From: Folioceros fuciformis
Lineage: Eukaryota
DNA length: 64,000 bases
Assembly (NCBI GenBank): GCA_049999805.1
Contig: JBNGIO010006316.1
Span: 319,034 to 383,033 of the forward strand
Reading direction: 5' to 3'
The notes under the pieces are model-generated. The model was given only the letters and a program-made list of their open reading frames with translations. It searched no databases and was not told the origin of the DNA. Shown here piece by piece: positions 52,476-64,000 of the stretch. Numbering within the stretch: position 1 is the stretch's first letter; each line of letters begins with the position of its first letter. The position numbers and the translations under genes are program-made.

Positions 52476-55400
52476 ATGCGGACTCGCAGCCGAGGAGGTG
52501 ACCCCCAGCTCGATCCGATTCCTCCCCCCACGCCCAAACGTACGCGCACGGGTAGCAAGCAGCATCAGCAGGAGGAAGAGCAGCAGCCGCAGCAGCAAGA
52601 GCATCAGCTTTTGCAGCAGCAGCAGCAGCTGAAGCAACTGCGTCAGGAGAAGCAGCAGGAGCTAAAGCAGCAGCAGCAGCAGCAAGACCAGGAACAAATG
52701 CGGGATCAAGAGCAGCAAATGGCGGAGGAGCAACAGCAGGCTGTTGCGGATCCGGCGGCCGTCAGCTGGAGTGTGGAGTTCTTGCGGCGCAGGCTTTGTG
52801 CTCTCCCGGACACCGAGGATGCAGACGCGAAACACCTCCATCTGCTTGCCACTGATTTCGCTCCCGACACCTGTAGGCAACTTACCGACCTCTTAACCGA
52901 TACAATTCTCTACCGTCACAACAACTCCGCACTGCTCCTAGGCCCGCGAGGGTGTGGTAAATCCTTTGTGGTGGAGCATGTCTTGCGAGACCTCCGGAGG
53001 GGCCATATCGACCGCTTCTCAGTTGTAAGCTCGGCTCTTCGCTTTCGCCCCTCATGGCAGCTGCTTTTTTGGCTCCGGCTGGCGCCCAGGATCTCGCCTC
53101 GGCACTCATTGGCCTATTTGCTGTTCGCTGTGCGCAGGTCCGTCTCAATGGCCTTCTTCATCACGATGACCGTTGCGCATTCAAGGTCCTCCTTTTATGT
53201 CCTACGCATGTGCTTTTTGGAGATTCCCAGCACTCCACATCTTCGAAACTGATTGAAGCTGTGGGATATGCAGGAGATAGCCAAGCAGCTTTGCATGGAA
53301 CACCACTTGTCCTTCTCCAACTCGGTATTCACATCGTCGAATTTTCACCTGTGTTTGTGTGTTAGGAGTGTGTCTGCAAGTGCACCAGTTCTCTGCTAGC
53401 GATGGGTTACTGGGGTTGATGCACGCCGTCGTTGTTTGTATGCACTGGTTGCACATCTTGGTCCGCAGACTGAGCTCTACCTGGTGCTCGCTGTCTGTTT
53501 GTGCAGGCCTCGGTTGACGAAAACCGTATTTTCCTATCAGCAAGTCTCAGGCAAGGACCTTCTGTTGAGGCACTTGAGCAGAGAACTTTGTCATCCGGTG
53601 TTGCCTGTGCCGAAAAGAGATATGTTTTACCATTGCCACCCTTGCTCTCGCAGGGACTCTGCTCTTGAACAGAAAGCGGTTGTCTTCATCCTCGATGAGT
53701 TTGACCTCTTTGCGCAGGTAATTGTGACTGTAATTTGGCACGGAGAATTATCTGAGGATATACCAAACAGCTTAGCAAGTTTTCAGGCTTGCTTGCGTTA
53801 CTCTCATGCTGCTCACATTGCGAAGGTGCTATCTGACCATCTCTGTGTCCAATGTGCATCTGGTCACAGAGGTCTCAGCAATTCCTACTCTACAATGTGC
53901 TTGATGCCATGCAGTCCCCAGAATGTCAAGCTGCGATTGTCGGCCTCAGCTCCCGCTTTGTGCGTTGTGTTCCAGCCCACCATGTTTCTGTTGTTTATAA
54001 ATGATTGAAGCTCATGCCTGTTGACTTCGAACTGTATGACCAGTGACTTTGAAGGAGCCTCTTTGCAGGATGCAGATCTGCTCTTAGAGAAACGAGTGCG
54101 ATCTAGGTTTTCCCATCGCAAGTTGCTTTTATTTCCCCCGACGTTTGAAGCCTCCTTAGGGTGAGGATATGAGAATTTATGAATGTGATTTGCTACCCCG
54201 ACGTGGGGTAGTCTTCAATCATGCCGCTTAAGGTCCGTGCACCTGCACAGTCAAGGCCATCAGCTGACCCTTATCTCCCATGCTGTGATCTATTAGGCAC
54301 CTTCTTAAGTCCTTGCTGCTTCCAGTTGGGGTGGATTTTCCTCACAAGGAGTTCAGTGCCATCTTCAACCTGAATTCTGCAGTATCCTCCAATTGAGCTA
54401 GCGAGTATGAGTTGTTTACTTGTCCCGAGCGGAAGAAAGCGCTCGCGTTTGAATGCGAGCTGTCTGTTGTGAGCATGCCCTAGAAGCGTCTTTGACTTTC
54501 TTAGAGAGTACTTGAAGACAAGGGTGTGAAGCGGGCTTTACGTCGCTTCTTTGAGATGGATCTGAGTTATCAGCAAATTTTTGATCTCGCGTAAGTGATG
54601 TTTTGGTCTGCTTTTTCGGGTTTGGTTAACTATTCACTGAAACCCTCCCTTTCATTTTTTATCTGATTAGTCTGTAGCTGCACTGATGGGATTTGAGTGA
54701 AGACGTGGCGTTCAACAGATTTCGGATTGTTTCCAACATGGACCGGAATGTGGGCCTTATATCAGCCAAAGATGTTGTTGCAGCATGCTCGACTCTCAGA
54801 TGCAAGCCTAAAATGAGCTGTTTAATGGGTAAATTTTCTTGATGTGGTTATAAGAGTTCCTTTTGTGCCTGCCTGTTTACATTTCACAGTGATCCTGAAA
54901 CTGGCCGTCATCTGGGCAGGATTGTCTGTGCTGGAGCTCTACCTCCTTGTTTCTATGAAGAGGCTGGAGAGAAAAGAGCGTGAAACCTACAACTTTGAGG
55001 CAGTCTTCATTGGTATGCAAATTTTGCAGCAGACAGTGGCTTTGTCAAATGAGGAAAATCACGTTGGTTTCTGGCCCCCTTGTTTACCGTGGAAGCTGCA
55101 ATTAACCTATGCACGTGGGTTGCGGGGATGCACTTTGCTATGCAGAGTACGAGCAGCTTCGTGCGGTGCACAATACGTGTGATGTTTATTCTCGACAGTT
55201 TGCCCTAAGAGTATGTACTGATTGTTGACTGCGGATGTGCGATGCTGGCGAAGTCACCTTCTCATAATTAATTTTCTGTGCAGGCATTTGAGCATCTACT
55301 GGAGCGAGAGCTCATTGCTTTTAGTGACTCCAGAGGAAGCACCGCCAAGGAGTTTAGGGCTGTGAAGCTCATCATCTGCACACAGGAGCTTGATGAGTGC

Positions 55401-55642
55401 TTAAGAGCAAGCACATGTTGCCCGGTAGTTCTCCTCTAACCATCTTTCAATTAATTTCTATTTTATCCGAAGTTATTTTATCTCTACTATCCCCCAGTCG
55501 TTGTCCCATCCTCTCGTACGGGAAGCCTGCAGATTCGTGGGATTGCTTTAAAACTTTTCAGAGAGGGATGGGGTTCGCTAATCTGGTTTTGTGTGAACAG
55601 ACTATCCTTCTTCAGTGGAGCTCTCACGAGACGTTTAAGTAA
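52476..55642 (+). CDS. ORC4: origin recognition complex subunit 4, with a polyQ N-terminus
   Basis: Walker A LLLGPRGCGKS, VRLNGLLH, Walker B VFILDEFDLFAQ, LLEKRVRSRFSHRK, LSVLELYLL, AFEHLLERELI. About 15 exons. Confidence 0.93.
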
Positions 55643-56600
55643 ACAGAGGCTCAAACGTGTCGAGGCTCGGCCTTGGAGAAGGGTCTCTTCCCACTAGCCC
55701 AAAACACCTGCAACAGCAGTTCTCCTTGTCTTGCAGATTCCTGGAAGGTCGCTGTGAACACACGGCCCTCTAGTGCAAGCGTAGGGGTTGTATGCTGGAC
55801 CCCATCCAACACCGTTTGTTCAGAACTTGGCAGAACAAGGTGAGGTAGGCATGACGGTAACCACACATCACCTTTCCTCCTAGTGACATTCTCGGTTATG
55901 TCCAACCTCTCTGTGCATAATAGACACCGCAACCATATGCTCGACTAGTTTTGGTTGCTGGTCTTTTTCGAAGGGGAAAAGTTTGCAGTAGTCTATGGGA
56001 AGGTTTCTGCTGACAGCGTCCTGTGGTGGCAAAGCTTGCCCCTGGAGGAGGCGCTGGGAGAACTACCTTCAAGCGAAGGCTTGTGAGTTGGGCATCACAA
56101 AGCTGGCGTGGAGGCATTGTTCTGTCTGAGGACGTCCAGCTTCAGGCAAAGTGCGGCTCTGGCTTAACGAATCTTAGAACTTTAATGACTTCGGTGATTC
56201 ACGTAGATGTTAATGTATCATCAGCGGCCGTAAATATATCGTTTAGGCTGAGATGTTCTACGTCCTGAAGGAGCTCGGATTGGATATGCTCTGCCGAAAC
56301 AGAATTCGGCCGGTTCAGTTTTGTCAACCGAAGGTGGCGGACTGGCATTTGCGTGCGCATCACGGTTGAAGAGCACAAGTTGGCACGAGGACCTTACATC
56401 ACAAGATTGTCCGACAGAACTGGAGCCCACGGATAGTGGCGTTGGACACATGTCACAAGTGGGAAGAACTGATGAGACTAGGCTGAAGATTGCAGGCAGC
56501 GCTTCAGATTGGAGGCTTCTCTTCAAACAATTGCAACAAATCGTCGGCGACCTCCGACTTGTGGATTCCAGATCAGCCAGCTGCGCATTACCCGATATGG

Positions 56601-56692
56601 CGTGCAGAAGTTGTTTAGCCAGAGGACCTCCAACTCGCAGAGCTGTAGCAAAGTTGTTAAGTTGGAGGTCCTCTAGTTGAACAATTGCTACG
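56601..56692 (+). ncRNA. putative pre-miRNA hairpin 1
   Basis: agttgtttagccagaggacctccaact pairs with agttggaggtcctctagttgaacaatt over 27 bp (3 G:U, 1 mismatch). Confidence 0.65.
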
Positions 56693-56736
56693 CGTCAGAA
56701 TTGAAACCAATCTGCACGGATCACCCAAGCTGCCGT

Positions 56737-56835
56737 GCAGCAGTTGTTTGGCCAAAGGACTTCCAACCCGCAGGCTTTAGGTCTCCGGGACAGCAGACCT
56801 CAAGGTTAGAGGTCCTGTGGTTAAACAATTGCTAC
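56737..56835 (+). ncRNA. putative pre-miRNA hairpin 2
   Basis: gcagttgtttggccaaaggacttccaacc pairs with ggttagaggtcctgtggttaaacaattgc over 29 bp (4 G:U, 2 mismatches). Confidence 0.65.
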
Positions 56836-56940
56836 AGGCCACAAGCAAACTGCTGCTGGATAGGCACCGAACTCGTCTGCACATCCAGATGAAGCTGGCA
56901 GCGCCGCGTTACCCAATTTGGCTCGGACAAATTTGTGGCA

Positions 56941-57043
56941 TGTAGAAGTTGTTGAGCCAGAGGACCTCCGACCTGGAGGCGATCGAGGTCTCTGGCATAG
57001 CGGAACGCGAGGTTGGAGGTCCTCTGGTTAAACAATTGCTACA
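56941..57043 (+). ncRNA. putative pre-miRNA hairpin 3
   Basis: tgtagaagttgttgagccagaggacctccgacct pairs with aggttggaggtcctctggttaaacaattgctaca over 34 bp (3 G:U, 2 mismatches). Confidence 0.68.
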
Positions 57044-57701
57044 AGACATAAGCTACCTGCCAAAGAATGCTGACTTCGGATACATCTGCATCTCCAAGCA
57101 TCCGTCTTCGGTCACCAATGCATACTTCCCCGAACTTCCAGAGAACCTCCAACGACTGAGACAACGGGAGCCCATTTATTCCGTCCGCGAATAACTTTGA
57201 GGGCAAGCCCTAAATACCATAAAAAGACACTACCCAAATTTGGGTATTACCGTCTTTCGTCACCACAAGAAAAGACCCGTAACTGACTTCTAAGTTCTGC
57301 CATGAGCCTTCTGCGAAGATGCAGGAAGCACGACGCGACAAAATCAGCAACAGGGAAGACACTGTTGGAAGGCAGTGGCACGGTGACGACGCTACTGAGG
57401 CGTGAGGCACTGCATGTTGCAGCTGCGGCGATGGCGGCAAGCAGCAAGTAGAGCTGAAGATCCGAGAGCTGCTGATGTAGTTGCAATTCTTCTTGCAAAA
57501 CTATTCCCATAACAGTTGTTGTTTCTGCGAAGCCGCAGCCGCCCCGCAGGTGGCAGCCGGTTATCAGCGGAACACGGCGGAGAGCCGTGATGCCTTCACG
57601 AAAGCTGGTGACCCGACCAAGTCTCACGCCATCGGCACCAAGTGTAAAGCCGGAAACTGTACGGTCACCGGCCAGCTCCCGCCCTCGAAACGGTCCTGTC
57701 A

Positions 57702-57727
57702 GGCGGGAGATTTCGAATTTTGGCGCC
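57702..57727. promoter_or_regulatory. paired E2F sites upstream of TIPIN
   Basis: GGCGGGAGA (reverse complement TCTCCCGCC) and TTTTGGCGCC, 70-90 bp upstream of the ATG. Confidence 0.65.
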
Positions 57728-57794
57728 AAGTAAATACTGGCTTTAGGGCTGATGGAGACGAGGGGAGGAAGTTTATGCCCTTCGGCAGAAGCTG

Positions 57795-58749
57795 ATGCCT
57801 CAAGCTGGCACGATGCAGAGCAGGCAAAAACACCAAGAGGCAAAGCCAACAGGGTGCTTCAAGTGTGGCAAGCCCGGGCATTGGTCCAAGGATTGTCCAT
57901 CTGCCTCATCTCCCGCATCAGGGTCTGCCGTCCGCCCTGCCGCGTCTTCTCAGCCCGACAAGGGTAAATTCGCTTCCTCCAATTCCACAGGACCAGTGGC
58001 AGCGGTGCCGCGCAAGCGACCAAATTTGACGCCCGATCTGCTTCTCTCCGAGGATGGACTGGGGTACGTGCTCCAGCACTTCCCGCGGCTGGTTCACGTC
58101 CGAGGTCGCGGACATGAGGCAAGTAGCGCCCTCCTCTCCTCCTGGAATCCCGCTGGTAAGTAGGCTTCATCCGCACCAAGAATCTGACCTGGATCGACAC
58201 CTGCAGGTGGACGATTTGGAAAAGCTCTTAGAGGCTTACATGTGTTGGCATTCCCGCTTGCTGCCGTACTTTTCCTTCGATCAATTCGTGGACAAGGTCG
58301 AGAAGCTTGGAGCCACAAGACGAGTCCGGGTATGTATCACAGTGTTGCCTCCAAGTGAAGCGTGAGTTGCATCGGTGTGCCTCTCATGCAAGATGACATC
58401 AGCTGTGCATTCGGGAGCTCCGGGAGAAGGTGGAAAGGGGAGACAAAACAGGATCGCAAATGCAGAGAGACCAGGCAGCCACAGACCCGGATTCCGAAGG
58501 TTGGTGCTTTCCGGCAGCCACAGTCCATCCTGTGCCGTCAATTAGGGATCCGTTTCCAATCACTTAGCTCGGACTTCGGATTCATCTCCAGGTGCGGAGG
58601 CGGGGAATTTGTTTTCAGGTTTGGCCGTCCCCCTCCTCAACTCTTGCGAGCAGGACGATGATGACCAAGGCGAAGCGGAGGAAAGTTATCCTGACAACGC
58701 GGTGGATGATGCGGTGTACGAGGAGTTGTACCAGCAGGCAATCACATGA
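57795..58749 (+). CDS. TIPIN: replication fork protection protein Swi3/Csm3/TIPIN with an N-terminal CCHC zinc knuckle
   Basis: CFKCGKPGHWSKDC, RPNLTPDLLLSEDGL, GRGHE|VDDLEKLLEAYMCWHSRLLPYFSFDQFVDKVEKLG and an acidic tail. Four exons. Confidence 0.88.
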
Positions 58750-59230
58750 TAATTCTCTACTCAGATGTGTACTTGGATGTGTACCTCGATACCTCAGGCT
58801 TTGTACGTATGGAGAGAGAATTTTCAGGGTTCGGTTGGAAACTTGTTAACTTGTCACTAACTTGTTAACTTGTTCTTACGTGAGCCTGTAGCAGCAATTT
58901 TTTTACTAATTAAAGTATTGTTTCTGGAAGCAAAATTTAGAAGTTTTCATTTTTTGGAGAAATTTCGATTAATATGTAAGAAATTTTCATTTAGCCTATT
59001 TTTTCAACATGTGGTGGTAGGGTCGCAGATCCTGGGGAGATGGAATTCCCTTTTAGGGCGGTCCGACTGTACTTGCTAATTCTACCTACCCTTTTGCTTC
59101 GCTTCGCACTTCCGTAAATAGAAATTTCTTCTACGTGCCATGTGGACTACGTTTCTAACGTACGTTTATACTTATGGTATATGTTCATAACCTAACTTGG
59201 AGTTCGGTCTCGGTAACCAGCGTCAGGGAC

Positions 59231-59238
59231 TATAAATA
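59231..59238 (+). promoter_or_regulatory. TATA box of the WI12-like gene
   Basis: TATAAATA followed by a pyrimidine-rich leader. Confidence 0.6.
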
Positions 59239-59647
59239 CACGCCTGGCCTCCACATCCTTTCATTCGTTCGCATTTCCTTTCTCCTCTTAGGCTACAGCG
59301 GATTGCGCTGCCGAGCCCTTCGCTCTCCCTCGCGAGGTGCCTTCTCATTTCACATACCTGCCAAATGTGCCTGACATTGTCAGTGTGGTGACCCATAGCC
59401 TTCTTGAGCCCAAGGCAGGTTTAATTCGTAGTTCGCAGATTAGCTAGCTGGTGATCCTATCTGTGGGTCGGGATTTGTTGTCGTTGTAATTGGGGATGCG
59501 GTGGTTTCTAATTTGCTGTGGTGTGCCGTGGATGCAGGGTTTTGGTTAGAAGCGGGCGCGATCTTTTGGTTGGAGGCTACCTAGAATTTTTGATCCGACG
59601 CGAGCGCGATCTTTTGGTTCGAAGCGTCCGCAATCTTTCGATTCCAG

Positions 59648-60129
59648 GCGTCCGCGTAGCTACATCTAATACTTCAGAACTGGAAAAGCAGGCAGGCGTC
59701 CGGTCGGTGCTCGCGCTCTATGCAGCGCTTGCATCGGGGGATGGGGATAGTGTGACCGAGTTGGTGGACGCAGACTTGGAGTGGTGGTTTCACGGCCCAC
59801 CGGACCACCAGCATATGATGCTCCTTCTTACTGGGGTCACTTCCTGTGACACCTTCTCCTTTCAGCCTGTGCGATTAGGAGCGGTAGCGGACAAGGTCTT
59901 TGTGGAAGGTAAAGGGACTTCCCCGGGAGTATTCTGGGTTCACATCTGGACGGTGAAGGACGGCCGTATATCTCAACTCCGGGAGTACTTCAACACAGCG
60001 GTGACCGTGACCGACCTCAAGCCTGCCCAAGGCCTTCACAAGTCCAATTCCTGCCGAACTTTGTGGCAGAGCGAGCTGTGCAAGGGCCAGGGTGGAAGCT
60101 CTCTGCCCGGACTCATCGTCACCGTCTGA
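59648..60129 (+). CDS. wound-induced WI12/Wun1 (SnoaL/NTF2-like) protein; start codon unresolved
   Basis: LYAALASGD..DLEWWFHGPP.HQHMMLLLTG, FWVHIWTVKDG.ISQLREYFNT, WQS, SLPGLI. Confidence 0.9.
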
Positions 60130-61787
60130 TACCTTATCTATGTGCGCTTGAGTTTTGAGCTCTTACGTGATCTGGAGGGACTGAAGGAGGAAGCTATGTA
60201 GATCATTGGCGTACTGGCCCTTCGCCCACCTGGCCAGGCTAGGCTGCTAGGGTTTGGACTTTCTCAGTTTGTCGACGCTGACGCGAGTGTGTAGTGTGTG
60301 GTTCGGAATGAGGATCTTGATTTTTCACCTCTCCAGACATATGTTTCTTGTGTGCACCCATCCGTGTTTTCTAGTGAATAAAATGTTGGGACCAAGTTTT
60401 TTAAATACTCGTGGGCCTTCAAGATCTGAATCCAAGCCGCATCGAAAGGAAAGCTGATTTTGTTCTGGGCCAGCCCTCCGCCCAGCTGGCCATGCCAAGG
60501 CTGCTAGAGCCTGGACTTTTCTACCTACCGATGATTCTGACACCAGTGTGTGGCGTGTGTTTGGGCATGAGCATCTTGAAGTTTTACCTTTCCAGCTGCA
60601 AGTATGTCTTGTACATCGCCACTTCAACAGAAAGCCCGTATCAACCTTTTTATATGCTCCTGTCTGTTGAGGGATATGAATATGAGCCACAACCACAAGG
60701 TAGAGACAAAAACTCTGTCTATTCAGACGCCAAGTCTCCAATTCGGCCTGAACATTCCAATTCGTTCAACGGTGCATGAACCTGCTCGATTTTGATGAAC
60801 TGCTTCAATTTTAAGGAAGTTACTCAATTTTGATGAAGCTACTCTATTTTACAGACCTATTTAATTTCAACCAACCTACTCAATAAAGACGAACCTAAAC
60901 CTCCTTCATTTTGAGGAACCTAGCGTTTTGTGGTCTAGGACTTTACTAAATAGGTGAAGCAATGTATAATCGCAGGATAAAATCTCTTTGTCCAACTTCT
61001 CCTTTAATGACAATACCTGGCCCTTTAGTCTTGTGAGGGCAATTAAAATTGAAAGGGACGTCTCAAATCTATCATGGTTAGAAAGTGATGAGTAGATAGA
61101 TGCTATTGGTACACAACTAGGCTGGAGGAAGGGCTTGTCTTCAAAGTATGGAATTCACCAGGTCAATAGTTAGGATCCATGTCGAGCTTACTCATATATC
61201 ATCGCATGTCCAGCCATCAATTAGTATGTGATTTTTTATTACTTTATATAAATTTAAAAATAAATCTATTTGGAATAAAGAAAATCTTTAACTTAAAATC
61301 CCACTAAATGTAGACAAGGATACCATATGAGTAAAGACTAAAGAGTTAGACAAGTGAAGGAAACAAGAACTAGAGATCTAGAACAACCGCGAAGAAAACA
61401 AGAGCTAAAGAGCTAGATACATTGAAGAAAACCGGAGCTAAGGAAAGTGGTTAGATTTTAAGAAACAAGCACTAAAGAGCTAGACATCGCTAAGTAAATA
61501 GGAGTAAAGGGTAAGGTAATAGAAGCACCTTTTCCATATCCCTTTCGAGAAGCATAGTAAACCCATTGGCCTTCGGAATCATGGAGGAGACATTTGATAT
61601 TTTATGTTGGCCTTGGGAATCATGGAGGGGATATTTGATATTTTATGTCAAAAATGGACCACCAAGTAATGGGGTCTAAGGTCTACATGATGTTTCTATA
61701 ACATTTTATTTGGGTGGATGGTATACCACCAAGGACAGCCTTTGATGCTCTAAGCACCAGGTCACACAAAGCTGACGAGTGCTCCAC

Positions 61788-61879
61788 AGCCTAGAACGCC
61801 TGGGGTTGCAGGTGAGGATAGTGTGTAGGCTGCAGCCTAGAACGCCGGGGTCACAGGTGAGGATAGTGTGTAGGCTGCA
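61788..61879 (+). repeat. ~46-bp tandem duplication
   Basis: cagcctagaacgcc...caggtgaggatagtgtgtaggctgca occurs twice. Confidence 0.85.
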
Positions 61880-62301
61880 CCCAGTGCAAGACGGAGGCTG
61901 CACCAAGACGCTTGGGTGCCATCGGTTTTTGGTGAAAGCAAGAATAAACATCGAACGGTGGTATGCTCTGATCTAGACTGAATGAATAACTGGAATGTAA
62001 GTTTGAACATGGGTAGTATGAACGATGGTCGGAAGGACTGTGGTGTGGTAGTCGTCTTTGTACATGGGTTGGCTTCCCAGTGACGGGATGATGCGAAGGA
62101 CTTGGCCGGCGTTTCCCGGCCTTGCCTTGCATGGAATGTGTGCATTTCCAGCCGCCCTTGCGTTGCCTCTGAAGGTGCTTTGCGTTCGTTCTCAACGATT
62201 TCTGATTCTGGGTTGCGTGCGATTGTATGCAACTGTTCACACCGGCCCAGCGCAAACAGTTTTGTTTACAGGACGGATCCGCCTCAGCATTAGCTAGCGC
62301 T

Positions 62302-64000
<1,699 letters not shown>

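Noticed and set aside
56221-57194. Short ORFs over the hairpin region as a real LRR gene
   Set aside because: LRR-like words occur only within hairpin arms, on both strands and in different frames, and one copy has a stop. There is no continuous LRR ORF.

Overview
Compact, intron-rich, GC-rich land-plant nuclear DNA with short introns and two 100-N gaps. It is most likely hornwort: the PLS-PPR genes carry PG-, WW- and KP-type C-terminal boxes (inference). Genes in order: a IIIf-like MYC_N/ACT protein without an intact bHLH, a WD40-like ORF, AGO1-clade Argonaute, a PLS-E+ PPR, RPL7, a cytosolic-type glucose-6-phosphate isomerase with a transit-peptide exon, MAT1, a PPR/root-cap chimeric pseudogene, a WW-type PPR, YAF9, ORC4, TIPIN/Swi3, WI12/Wun1 and a partial GH1 beta-glucosidase. 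Decayed retroelement and Harbinger sequence lies between them. The best novel candidate is at 56601-57043, between ORC4 and TIPIN: three related stem-loops with G:U pairs biased to the + strand, whose 5' arms are antisense to codons for an LRR motif (LEVLWLNN). This suggests a polycistronic MIRNA cluster aimed at LRR genes. All exon models were read by eye.
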